Shown here: positions 51,704 through 60,910 of the stretch, in pieces
How positions within the stretch are numbered: the first letter of the stretch is position 1
How the letters are laid out: every line of letters begins with the position of its first letter
NCBI GenBank assembly: GCA_934131175.1
Contig: CAKOZD010000001.1
Location: 32,928-96,927 of the forward strand
DNA: 64,000 nt
From: an uncultured Bacilli bacterium
GTDB taxonomy: Bacteria; Bacillota_I; Bacilli_A; RF39; UBA660
Direction of reading: 5' to 3'
Notes under the pieces: generated by a model
What the model saw: the letters and a program-made list of their open reading frames with translations, nothing else
What the model was told of the DNA's origin: nothing
Database searches by the model: none
Program-made: the position numbers and the translations under genes

Positions 51704-52429
51704 ATGAGTAGAAACAAAATATTCTATGATGAAAATTTAACTCAAGATGAGATAAATGAAATATTTAAAGAAACAAGAATAAAGCTTGGAGAAAAGCATG
51801 GATTTAATGGATTAAAAATGATACAAGCAGTCCAAAAAACAGAAACTAATAATGTAGAATATCCTGATGGAAAATATATAAATATTAATGATAAAATATT
51901 AACTACAGACGACTATTGGTATTTAAATTTAGAAACAGATATATTAATGATTAGTAATAAATATAAAGGTATTGTAATAGGAAATATGTGTGCAGATTGT
52001 CCGATAGTTATAGCAGAAGATAGAAAAAAGGGAGTAACAGCTCTTGCTCATTGTGGAGCAGCATATATTGATAGAAATCTCCCATATCAAATAATAGAAT
52101 CTCTAAAAAAGGAATATAGTAGTAATTCAGAGGATATTTATGTGTATATATCAAGTGGAGCTAAAAAAGAGAATTTTATATATGATACATACCCACATTG
52201 GGCTAAAAATGATAATGTTTGGGTGGATTGCATAAATAAAAAAGATAATAAATATCAAATTGACATGTATAAAGCAATAATTAATCAACTAAAAAAGCAA
52301 GAAATAAAGAATATAGAAATAAATGAAATCGATACTGTAACTAATCAAGATTATGCCTCTCATTACTGTAGGATAAGAGGTCAAGAAAATAAATCCGGAC
52401 AAAATTTTGTTGGTTTCTTTTATAAATAA
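51704..52429 (+). CDS. Hypothetical protein, tentatively PgeF/YfiH (DUF152) laccase-domain family
   Basis: MCADCPIVIA...ALAHCGAAY resembles the PgeF MTADCLPVL...AAHAGWRG motifs but lacks GWRG. Start chosen at MSRNKIF; the listed ORF overlaps the ychF end. Confidence 0.35.
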   Translation: MSRNKIFYDENLTQDEINEIFKETRIKLGEKHGFNGLKMIQAVQKTETNNVEYPDGKYININDKILTTDDYWYLNLETDILMISNKYKGIVIGNMCADCPIVIAEDRKKGVTALAHCGAAYIDRNLPYQIIESLKKEYSSNSEDIYVYISSGAKKENFIYDTYPHWAKNDNVWVDCINKKDNKYQIDMYKAIINQLKKQEIKNIEINEIDTVTNQDYASHYCRIRGQENKSGQNFVGFFYK

Positions 52430-52430
52430 C

Positions 52431-52459
52431 TAGACAAAAAAAGAGACTTTTGTTATAAT
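52431..52459 (+). promoter_or_regulatory. Sigma-A promoter of the rpsF-ssb-rpsR operon (TAGACA-17-TATAAT with extended TG)
   Basis: tagaca at 52431..52436 and tgttataat at 52451..52459. A hairpin gagtattt-aaaa-atactc lies in the 5' UTR. Confidence 0.5.
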
Positions 52460-52526
52460 ACGTTCGAGTATTTAAAAATACTCCTTGCTGTTTTAACAGC
52501 CAAAAGTCCAAAAGGAGGTGCAAATA

Positions 52527-52817
52527 ATGAACAAATATGAAATTATGTTTATCGTAAGACCAGACATGGAAGAAGCAGAAATCAAAAAGACTGCTGAAAA
52601 CATGAAAAAAGTATTAACTGATGCAGGAGCAAAGGTTATGGAAGAAAAAGCAATGGGTCAAAGAGAATTAGCTTATGAAATTAATAAGTTCAACACTGGA
52701 TACTATTTCTTATTCGTAGTAGAAGCTGATAGTAAGAGTGAACAAGAATTTAATCGTGTTGCTAGAATTAATGAAAGTCTACTTCGTCATATCGTTGTTA
52801 GAGTAGAAGATAAGTAA
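52527..52817 (+). CDS. rpsF: 30S ribosomal protein S6
   Basis: MNKYEIMFIVRPDM. RBS aaaggagg upstream. Confidence 0.92.
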   Translation: MNKYEIMFIVRPDMEEAEIKKTAENMKKVLTDAGAKVMEEKAMGQRELAYEINKFNTGYYFLFVVEADSKSEQEFNRVARINESLLRHIVVRVEDK

Positions 52818-52833
52818 GAAAAAGAGGTAATTT

Positions 52834-53325
52834 ATGAACAAAGTTGTTTTAATAGGAAGATTAACAAGAGATCCTGAATTAAGATATACAGGTAATAATA
52901 CTCCAGTTGCATCTTTTTCACTAGCTGTAAATAGAAACTATTCAAACCAACAAGGAGAAAGAGAAGCTGATTTTATTAATATCGTTGTTTGGAGAAAACA
53001 AGCTGAAAATGTAAAAAATTATCTTACACAAGGTAGTCAAGTAGCAATAGATGGTAGACTTCAAACTAGAACATATGATGATCAAAATGGTCAAAGAAGA
53101 TATATTACTGAAGTAATTGCTGATAACGTTGAATTTTTAGGATCAAGAAATTCCTCAAATAATTCTAATAATATGAATAATACAAGTTCTGCAACAACAA
53201 CTGCAGGACCAACACCTTATGATTTTGCAGATAATGCAAGTCCAAAAGGTACAGACGTAGATAGTAATCCATTTGCTGATTTTGGTGCAAACATTGAAAT
53301 TAGTGATGATGAATTACCTTTCTAA
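52834..53325 (+). CDS. ssb: Single-stranded DNA-binding protein
   Basis: MNKVVLIGRLTRDPELRYT OB fold and C-terminal acidic tip DDELPF. Confidence 0.93.
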   Translation: MNKVVLIGRLTRDPELRYTGNNTPVASFSLAVNRNYSNQQGEREADFINIVVWRKQAENVKNYLTQGSQVAIDGRLQTRTYDDQNGQRRYITEVIADNVEFLGSRNSSNNSNNMNNTSSATTTAGPTPYDFADNASPKGTDVDSNPFADFGANIEISDDELPF

Positions 53326-53345
53326 TATAAAAAAGGAGGATTAAC

Positions 53346-53561
53346 ATGGCAGAATTCAATCGTAGAAAGAAAAAAGTATGTGCAATGTGTACTGGAAAAA
53401 ATGTTGATTGGAAAGACACAGAAACATTAAGAAGATATACAAATGAAAAAGGTAAAATTTTACCAAGACGTGTTACAGGAAACTGTGCTGAACACCAAAG
53501 ATTTATTTCAAAACAAATTAAAAGAGCACGTGCAATAGCATTAATGCCTTATTCAAGATAA
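53346..53561 (+). CDS. rpsR: 30S ribosomal protein S18
   Basis: RRKKVCAMC...[17 protein letters not shown] signature. Confidence 0.95.
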   Translation: MAEFNRRKKKVCAMCTGKNVDWKDTETLRRYTNEKGKILPRRVTGNCAEHQRFISKQIKRARAIALMPYSR

Positions 53562-53565
53562 AATA

Positions 53566-53590
53566 AATGTAGGAAACTACATTTTTTTAT
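53566..53590 (+). terminator. Rho-independent terminator after rpsR
   Basis: aatgtag-gaaa-ctacatt hairpin followed by T7. Confidence 0.7.
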
Positions 53591-53666
53591 TGTTTATAGA
53601 AGTCGTAGTATTAGACAAACATAATGATTTATTATATAATGATAGTAAGACTTTATAGGAGGTACT

Positions 53667-54650
53667 ATGGGAATTATTAAAGAAAGAAGAAAACTAAATA
53701 GTGCAATTAGAAATGCCAAAAATATATTTTTAATGGCACATAAAAACTTAGATTTAGATGCTCTAGGAAGTCAAATTGGAATGTATATGATTCTTAAAAA
53801 AAAGAAAAAGAATTGTTTCATAATAATAGATGACAAAGAACATGAAGCAGGAGTAGAAAAAGTATTAAGAGAATTAGATGGCGTAATGAATAGAATAAAA
53901 AGTAGCCAAATAGAAGAAAATTTATATCCGAGAAGTTCTAAAAATCTTTTAATAATTTTAGATACTAATAAAACTGAACTAGTTCAAAGCAAAGAAGCAT
54001 TAAATAAAATAAGTAAAAAGATTGTAATAGATCATCATGATTTAGGAAAAACAACAATAAAGGATGCTGAAATAATAGACGATACAAAAGTATCAAGTAC
54101 ATGTGAAATGATTACAAGTTTAATTGAATATTATGATGTAGAATTAGATTCATATTATGCAACAATCCTTTTATCAGGAATTGTATTAGATACTAATAAT
54201 TACACTTTAAATACAAGTGCAGAAACGTATTATTCATCATATTATTTGGCATCACTAGGAGCAAGTGCTAAGAAAGTACAATATTTATTAAAACAAGATA
54301 TTGATGAATATACAGAACGTCAAAAATTGATGGCCGATATTGAAACAATAGATGAAAAAATTGCTTTTACAAAAGCAAGTGCCAATACAATATATAGAAG
54401 AGAAGATTTAGCAAAAGTTGCGGATACATTATTATTCTTTAATAACATCGAAGCATCATTTGTAATTGGAAAATTAAGCAAAGATACAGTTGGTTTGAGT
54501 GCAAGAAGCTTAGGAAACTACGATATTGGAAAAATATTAAAGAAGTTTGGTGGCGGAGGAGATGCCAACGCTGGAGCAGCTGTAATTGAAAAAACAACAA
54601 TTTCAAAAGTAGAGCAAGAATTAAAAAAGCTTTTAAAGGAAGGTGAATAA
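53667..54650 (+). CDS. DHH/DHHA1-family phosphoesterase (standalone, occupying the gdpP position)
   Basis: 327 aa. DHH motif region (IVIDHHD) and C-terminal GGGH (FGGGGDANAGAA). Sits in the conserved rpsR-[gdpP]-rplI slot but lacks TM/PAS/GGDEF-like domains. Confidence 0.7.
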   Translation: MGIIKERRKLNSAIRNAKNIFLMAHKNLDLDALGSQIGMYMILKKKKKNCFIIIDDKEHEAGVEKVLRELDGVMNRIKSSQIEENLYPRSSKNLLIILDTNKTELVQSKEALNKISKKIVIDHHDLGKTTIKDAEIIDDTKVSSTCEMITSLIEYYDVELDSYYATILLSGIVLDTNNYTLNTSAETYYSSYYLASLGASAKKVQYLLKQDIDEYTERQKLMADIETIDEKIAFTKASANTIYRREDLAKVADTLLFFNNIEASFVIGKLSKDTVGLSARSLGNYDIGKILKKFGGGGDANAGAAVIEKTTISKVEQELKKLLKEGE

Positions 54651-54651
54651 A

Positions 54652-55092
54652 ATGGAAGTAATTTTCATAAAAGATTTAAAAAATCAAGGAAAAAAAGGAC
54701 AAGTAAAGAATGTAAAAGATGGTTATGCAGAAAATTATTTAATTAAAAATGGTTATGCAGTAAAGAAAACAAAAGAAAATTTACTTAAACTAAATCAAGA
54801 ACAAACAAAAAAAGCTAAAGAAGACGCTGCAAATAAAGAAGAAGCAAAAATTTTAAAAGAAAAACTTTCAAAGGTAACCTTAGAATTTAAAGTAAAAACA
54901 GGAGAAGGAGATAGAGTTTTTGGAAGTATAAGTATTAAACAAATAAAAGATGAATTAGCAAAACAAGGTTATAAAATAGAAAAGAGTGCTATTGAATTAA
55001 CAAGCAATATTTCATCATTAGGATTTCATAATGTAAATATAAACTTATATCCAGAAATAACTGCTCAAATAAAAGTTCATGTTATTAAGTAG
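54652..55092 (+). CDS. rplI: 50S ribosomal protein L9
   Basis: MEVIFIKDLKNQGKKGQVKNVKDGYAENYLI. Start at the internal Met of the listed ORF. Confidence 0.92.
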   Translation: MEVIFIKDLKNQGKKGQVKNVKDGYAENYLIKNGYAVKKTKENLLKLNQEQTKKAKEDAANKEEAKILKEKLSKVTLEFKVKTGEGDRVFGSISIKQIKDELAKQGYKIEKSAIELTSNISSLGFHNVNINLYPEITAQIKVHVIK

Positions 55093-55104
55093 AGGTGATT
55101 TATT

Positions 55105-56466
55105 ATGCCAATACGTGCATTACCAAACAACTTAGAGGCTGAGGAATCAGTTCTAGGATCTTGCTTTTTATCAAAATATGCATTACAAAAAGCAAATGAA
55201 AACTTAACAGAAGATTCATTCTATAATGAAAGAAATAGTAAAATATTTAGTACTATGACTGCATTAATGGAAGAAAATACTCCAATTGATATTACTACAG
55301 TAACTAGTTACTTAAAAAGAAAAAACGAGCTTACTGAAGTAGGTGGAGTTGAATATCTAACAGAAGTACTTAATTATGTACCAACGGCAAGCAATATTGA
55401 TTATTATATAAAGTCAGTAGAAGAAGCTGCTATATTAAGAAATTTAATTACAACTGCTGAAGAAATAGCATCTGAAGGATATAGTCCTGATGAATCTGTA
55501 AATGAAATATTAGATAATTCAGAGAAAAAGATTCTTAATATTGTAAAAAATAGAAAATCTAGTGAGTTTAGGTCAATTAGAGACGTTTTAATAAAAACAC
55601 AATCCGATTTAGAGAGATTATCTGAAAATAAAGGTGAAATTACAGGACTTGCTACTGGATGGTATGATTTTGATAAATTAACAACAGGACTACATCCTAA
55701 TGAATTTATTATTATTGCAGCAAGACCAGCAATGGGAAAAACAGCATTTGCTCTTAATCTTGCAACGCATGCTGCAATGACCCAAGAAAAATCAGTTGCT
55801 TTATTTAACTTAGAAATGAGTGCTGAACAATTAGCAATGCGTATTTTGTCGAGTCTAGGTCAAATTGAAGGCTTTAAGTTAAGAACAGGTAATTTAATGA
55901 ATCCAGATTGGAAAAGAATAAATGAAGCCTCATCACAACTATCAAATACTAATTTAGTTATAGATGATACACCAGGTATAACAATAGGTGAAATAAGAGC
56001 AAAATGTAGAAGATTAGCAAGTAGTGAAAAAGGCTTAGCTTTAGTAGTAATCGACTACTTACAGTTGATTTCTGGAGGTAAAAATTATGGTACAAATAGA
56101 CAACAAGAAGTTTCTGATATATCAAGAAGTCTAAAAACGCTAGCTATGGAATTAGGAGTACCAGTAATTGCTCTATCACAGTTATCCCGTGGAGTAGAAG
56201 CAAGAGAAGACAAACGACCATTAATGAGTGATCTACGTGAGTCTGGTTCAATAGAACAAGATGCTGACATAGTAGCCTTTCTTTATAGAGATGATTACTA
56301 TAATAAAGAAGCAAGAACAGAAGATAATAACAGTATTAGTGAATTAATAATAGGAAAACATCGTAATGGACCAACCGCAACAATAGAACTTTTATTTAAG
56401 AAGAATACATCAACATTCTTGAATCTAAGAAAAGAAAGAGGTATGGAGGGACAAGCTAGTGAATAA
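55105..56466 (+). CDS. dnaB: Replicative DNA helicase (DnaB family; DnaC in Bacillus nomenclature)
   Basis: 453 aa. Walker A ARPAMGKTAFALN, Walker B VVIDYLQLI, SQLSR motif. Confidence 0.95.
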   Translation: MPIRALPNNLEAEESVLGSCFLSKYALQKANENLTEDSFYNERNSKIFSTMTALMEENTPIDITTVTSYLKRKNELTEVGGVEYLTEVLNYVPTASNIDYYIKSVEEAAILRNLITTAEEIASEGYSPDESVNEILDNSEKKILNIVKNRKSSEFRSIRDVLIKTQSDLERLSENKGEITGLATGWYDFDKLTTGLHPNEFIIIAARPAMGKTAFALNLATHAAMTQEKSVALFNLEMSAEQLAMRILSSLGQIEGFKLRTGNLMNPDWKRINEASSQLSNTNLVIDDTPGITIGEIRAKCRRLASSEKGLALVVIDYLQLISGGKNYGTNRQQEVSDISRSLKTLAMELGVPVIALSQLSRGVEAREDKRPLMSDLRESGSIEQDADIVAFLYRDDYYNKEARTEDNNSISELIIGKHRNGPTATIELLFKKNTSTFLNLRKERGMEGQASE

Positions 56467-57949
56467 AAAACTAAGAAGAATTACAGTCTTTATTCTCATA
56501 CTATCTATTTTCTTAACAACAGGTTTTTCAAGAATTCTCTCATCACCAAGAACTTTATACAGAGTATACTTAAAAGGAGAGTCTCTTGGTCTTATTAAGT
56601 CAAAAAAAGAATTAGAAAAGTATATCAATAAAGAACAAAATGAAATAAAAAAGAAATATAATGTAGATAAAGTATATGTACCAGAAGATTTAGACATAGA
56701 AAAAGAAGTAACATATTCAAATAATGTTAAATCAATAAATAAAATATATGAAGAAATAAAAGATATTTCTCCATTTACAATTAAAGGTTATATTATAAAA
56801 ATAAAAGGATTAGATACAAAAAATAGTGAAACAGGAAAAACTATTAAAGGAAAAACTCAATCATTATATGTTATAGATAAAAAAGTGTTTACAAATTCAA
56901 TTCAAAATACAGTAAAGTCTTTTATTTCAGAAGAAGATTATAATGCATATGCTAATAATTCACAAAAAGAAATAGAAGATACAGGAAAAATTATTGAAGA
57001 TATATCAATTCAAAATAAAATAACTATTAAAAAAGGTAATATTCCAGTAGATAAGAAAATTTATCAAACAGAAGAAGAATTAAGTAAATATTTACTATTT
57101 GGAACAGAAGAAGAACAAGGAACATATACTGTTCAAGCAGGAGATACAATTCCAGATGTAGCATTTAATAATAAGGTTTCTACACAAGAATTTTTAATTG
57201 CTAATCCCAATTTAAAAGATGAAAATAGTTTATTATCTCCTGGTCAAAATGTTACAATTGGTATCTTAAAGCCACAAATAAGTGTTGAAGAAAGAGACCA
57301 TGTTGTAGAAATTGAAACTCAAAACTATACAACAGAAACAAGATATGATAATGATAAAAATGTTGGATATGAAGAAGTAATTCAAAAAGGAGTAGCCGGA
57401 GAAAATAAAGTTACTAAAAAAGTTCAAAAAGTAAATGGTGAAACTACTAGTACTGTAGGAGTAAGTACAGAAGTAATTAAAGAAGCTGTAAACGAAATAA
57501 TTGTAAAAGGTGGTAAAAAGAATTCATATTCTGGAGGAGGATATGGCTCAGTTGTACCTACAAAAGGACAATGGGGATGGCCAGCAACATGTTCTTCAGT
57601 ATCAAGTTCATTTGGATGGCGTTGGGGAACATTACATGATGGTACAGATATCGCTGGATGTGGATATGGTTCAAATATTTTTGCTGCTCAATCAGGAACA
57701 GTTGTTCAATCATCTTATAAGTATGATAATGGTCAATATATAACAATAGATCATCATAATGGATATTTCACTATGTATGCACATTTATCTGCAAGATATG
57801 TAGGTGTTGGAACATATGTAGAAAAAGGACAAGTAATTGGAGCTATGGGACAAACAGGATTCGCAACAGGAGTTCACTTACATTTCGGTATGTGGTATGG
57901 TTATCCTTATCGTGGAGGAAGAGCGCAAAACGCTATGAATTTCTATTAG
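56459..57949 (+). CDS. LysM/G5 domain-containing M23-family peptidoglycan metalloendopeptidase
   Basis: GTG start overlapping the helicase stop. N-terminal TM; LysM (YTVQAGDTIPDVA...LIANPNL); G5-like region (VIQKGVAGENKVTKKVQKVNGETT); C-terminal M23 motifs (HNGYFTMYAHL, GVHLHFGMW). Confidence 0.7.
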   Translation: MNKKLRRITVFILILSIFLTTGFSRILSSPRTLYRVYLKGESLGLIKSKKELEKYINKEQNEIKKKYNVDKVYVPEDLDIEKEVTYSNNVKSINKIYEEIKDISPFTIKGYIIKIKGLDTKNSETGKTIKGKTQSLYVIDKKVFTNSIQNTVKSFISEEDYNAYANNSQKEIEDTGKIIEDISIQNKITIKKGNIPVDKKIYQTEEELSKYLLFGTEEEQGTYTVQAGDTIPDVAFNNKVSTQEFLIANPNLKDENSLLSPGQNVTIGILKPQISVEERDHVVEIETQNYTTETRYDNDKNVGYEEVIQKGVAGENKVTKKVQKVNGETTSTVGVSTEVIKEAVNEIIVKGGKKNSYSGGGYGSVVPTKGQWGWPATCSSVSSSFGWRWGTLHDGTDIAGCGYGSNIFAAQSGTVVQSSYKYDNGQYITIDHHNGYFTMYAHLSARYVGVGTYVEKGQVIGAMGQTGFATGVHLHFGMWYGYPYRGGRAQNAMNFY

Positions 57950-58705
57950 ATGAAAGTACAGACAATAGCAAGTGGTTCTAAAGGAAATTGTACAATTGTG
58001 TTATGTAATGATACAAATTTAATTATAGATATGGGAATTTCCTACTTGACTTTAAAAAATAGTCTTGAAGAAAATTCCCTTTCTTTTGATAATTTTAATG
58101 GTATCTTAATAACCCATTGTCATAAAGACCATACTAAAGGATTGTCTTCCTTAATAAAAAAGACAAATATACCAGTCTATATACCAGAAAAAATGTATGA
58201 TAGTATAAAGGAATATGTCCCATATCCAAGATGTATAATAATAGATGATGAGTTTTATATAAATGATGTTAAAATAAATTTACTACATACATCACATGAT
58301 GCTCCATGTTCAGTAGGGTTTATTATTAGACATAATGATAAAAGTCTAGTATATATAACAGATACAGGTTATATAAATAGAAAAATATTAAATAATATAG
58401 TAGGAATAGATTGCTACATAATAGAAAGTAATCATGATGAAGTAATGTTAATGGATGGACCATATCCAAGATTCTTAAAAGAAAGAGTAATAAGTGATAA
58501 AGGACATTTATCAAACATAACAACAGCTAAATATTTAAAAAAAATAGTAGGTAAAAATACTAAAAATATTATTTTAGCACATAGAAGTGAAACAAATAAT
58601 ACAGAAGATAAAATACTAGAAGCAATAAACAATGTAGAATTAGATAAAAATATAAATATCTATATAGCAAAACAAAATGAAGAAGGACCATTAATAGAGG
58701 TATAA
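57950..58705 (+). CDS. yycJ: MBL-fold metallo-hydrolase, YycJ/WalJ-like
   Basis: HxHxDH motif (THCHKDHTKG). 251 aa. Position is syntenic with yycJ, next to rlmH. Confidence 0.7.
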   Translation: MKVQTIASGSKGNCTIVLCNDTNLIIDMGISYLTLKNSLEENSLSFDNFNGILITHCHKDHTKGLSSLIKKTNIPVYIPEKMYDSIKEYVPYPRCIIIDDEFYINDVKINLLHTSHDAPCSVGFIIRHNDKSLVYITDTGYINRKILNNIVGIDCYIIESNHDEVMLMDGPYPRFLKERVISDKGHLSNITTAKYLKKIVGKNTKNIILAHRSETNNTEDKILEAINNVELDKNINIYIAKQNEEGPLIEV

Positions 58706-58707
58706 GT

Positions 58708-59163
58708 ATGATAAAAATAATAACAGTAGGGCAAATAAAAGAAAAGTATTTACAAGATGCTATAAATGAATATAAAAAAAGACTAAGTAAATATACAAAC
58801 ATAGAAGTAATAGAAGTTAAAGATGAAGGATTAGTAGAAGAAGTAAAAGCAATTAAATTAGAAGCAGAAAAGATAAAAAAACATATTAATGATAGAGATT
58901 ATATTGTTACTTTAGAAATAGAAGGAAAACAAATGACTTCTGTTGGATTTGCTAATAAAATAGATAACATATTAATAGAAAATAGTAATATAGATTTTAT
59001 AATTGGTGGAAGTTATGGCTTATCTGATGAGATAAAAAATATGTCAAGATTACATTTATCTTTTTCAAAAATGACATTTCCACATCAATTATTTAGAGTT
59101 TTATTACTAGAACAAATTTATAGAGCATACAAAATTAATAATAATGAAAGTTATCATAAATAG
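58708..59163 (+). CDS. rlmH: 23S rRNA (pseudouridine1915-N3)-methyltransferase
   Basis: SPOUT family. MIKIITVGQIKEKYL...GGSYGLSDEI motif. Confidence 0.9.
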   Translation: MIKIITVGQIKEKYLQDAINEYKKRLSKYTNIEVIEVKDEGLVEEVKAIKLEAEKIKKHINDRDYIVTLEIEGKQMTSVGFANKIDNILIENSNIDFIIGGSYGLSDEIKNMSRLHLSFSKMTFPHQLFRVLLLEQIYRAYKINNNESYHK

Positions 59164-59173
59164 GAGGTTCAAA

Positions 59174-59836
59174 ATGATAGGAAATAGTTGGGATAATAAA
59201 TTAAGCGAAGAATATAAAAAAGAATATTTTACCGAACTAATGAATTTTGTAAAAGATGAATATAAAACAAAAACAATTTATCCAAAGCAAAATGAAGTAT
59301 TTAATGCTTTTAGATATACAGACTTTGATAATGTAAAGGTTGTTATTCTAGGACAGGACCCATATCACGGTCCAAATCAGGCAGAAGGTTTATCATTTTC
59401 AGTTAGTAATGAAGTATTAAAACCGCCTTCTCTACAAAACATTTTTAAAGAACTAGAAAGTGACTTAGGAATACAATTTCCGAAATCTAACTCATTAAAA
59501 CCATGGGCAAAGCAAGGCGTATTATTACTAAATGCTGTCTTAACTGTAGAAGAACATAAACCAACATCACATAAAGGAAGAGGTTGGGAAACATTTACAG
59601 ATGATGTAATAAAAATATTAAATGAAAAAGAAGAACCTCTAGTATTTATTTTATGGGGAGCATATGCCAGAAGTAAGAAAGCATTAATAACTAATCCAAA
59701 GCACTTAATAATAGAGTCAGCTCATCCATCACCATTTTCAGCAAGAAACGGTTTCTTTGGAAGCAAACCATTCTCAAGAACAAATGCTTTCTTAAAAAAC
59801 AATGGATTAAAAGAAATTGATTGGAGAATAGAATAG
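59174..59836 (+). CDS. ung: Uracil-DNA glycosylase
   Basis: Start MIGNSWDNKL with RBS aggagg. GQDPYH catalytic motif. HPSPFSA. Confidence 0.92.
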   Translation: MIGNSWDNKLSEEYKKEYFTELMNFVKDEYKTKTIYPKQNEVFNAFRYTDFDNVKVVILGQDPYHGPNQAEGLSFSVSNEVLKPPSLQNIFKELESDLGIQFPKSNSLKPWAKQGVLLLNAVLTVEEHKPTSHKGRGWETFTDDVIKILNEKEEPLVFILWGAYARSKKALITNPKHLIIESAHPSPFSARNGFFGSKPFSRTNAFLKNNGLKEIDWRIE

Positions 59837-59844
59837 GTAAGTAT

Positions 59845-59875
59845 CATACTTATCTTTTTTATTTTACACAATTTA
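59845..59875 (+). terminator. Rho-independent terminator after ung
   Basis: taagt-atcat-actta hairpin followed by tcttttttatttt. Confidence 0.55.
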
Positions 59876-59938
59876 CATAAAAATACCGCCTTATGCTTTA
59901 ATAAAATAAAGAAAAAATGATATATTAAGGATGGAGGA

Positions 59939-60829
59939 ATGTATATGGATAATAAAAAATTAGAAGTAGTAAAAACAAGAGCTGGTTTCATAGCAGCACT
60001 AGACCAATCAGGAGGAAGTTCTGCAAAAACATTAGAAAAATATGGTATAAAAAAAGATGAGTATCAAACAGAAGAAGAAATGTTTGATTTAATTCATCAA
60101 ATGAGAACAAGAGTAATAACTTCAGCGGTCTTTAACGATAAGCATATTTTAGGAACAATTCTTTTCTATAAAACTATGATGGGAAAAATAGAAGGAGAAT
60201 ATAGTGCAGATTATTTATGGAATAAGAAAAATATAGTTTCATTTTTAAAAGTCGATAAAGGTCTTGAAGAAGAAGTAAACGGCGTTAAATTAATGAAACC
60301 AATTCCAGATTTAGAAAATCAATTAGATGAAGCTAACGAAAAACATGTATTTGGTACCAAAATGCGAAGTGTTATTTATGAAGCAAATGAAAAAGGAATC
60401 GAGGATATTGTTAATCAACAATTTGAATTTGCAAAAGTAATTTGCAATAAAGGATTAGTTCCAATAATTGAACCAGAAGTAGATATTAATTCCAAAGATA
60501 AAGAACAATGTGAAGAAATATTACATGAAAAGATAAAAGAAAAATTAAACAGTTGGGATTCAGAAGATAAAATTATGTTTAAATTTACAATCCCAACTAA
60601 GGAAAACCTTTATGAAGACTTATATAACTATGAAGCAGTTATAAGAGTCGTTGCATTATCAGGTGGATATAATATTGATAAAGCGTGTGAATTATTATCA
60701 AAAAATAATAAAATGATAGCAAGTTTTTCAAGAGCATTACTTGAAAATTTAAATGTTAACCAAACAAAAGAAGAGTTTGATAGAGAATTAGATAATGCAA
60801 TTACAAAAATATATAATGCATCAATCTAA
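59939..60829 (+). CDS. fba: Fructose-bisphosphate aldolase class I
   Basis: GFIAALDQSGGS Schiff-base-class aldolase N-terminus. 296 aa. Confidence 0.8.
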   Translation: MYMDNKKLEVVKTRAGFIAALDQSGGSSAKTLEKYGIKKDEYQTEEEMFDLIHQMRTRVITSAVFNDKHILGTILFYKTMMGKIEGEYSADYLWNKKNIVSFLKVDKGLEEEVNGVKLMKPIPDLENQLDEANEKHVFGTKMRSVIYEANEKGIEDIVNQQFEFAKVICNKGLVPIIEPEVDINSKDKEQCEEILHEKIKEKLNSWDSEDKIMFKFTIPTKENLYEDLYNYEAVIRVVALSGGYNIDKACELLSKNNKMIASFSRALLENLNVNQTKEEFDRELDNAITKIYNASI

Positions 60830-60840
60830 AATTTAGACAC

Positions 60841-60910
60841 AAAAAAAGTAGAGAAATATAATAGATGTGAATTATAATATTTCACAACGAAACATTCTCT
60901 ACTTTTTTAT
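60841..60910. terminator. Bidirectional terminator between fba (+) and pta (-)
   Basis: aaaaaaa-gtagagaa ... ttctctac-tttttt inverted repeat enclosing a nested gtgaa/ttcac hairpin. Confidence 0.5.
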
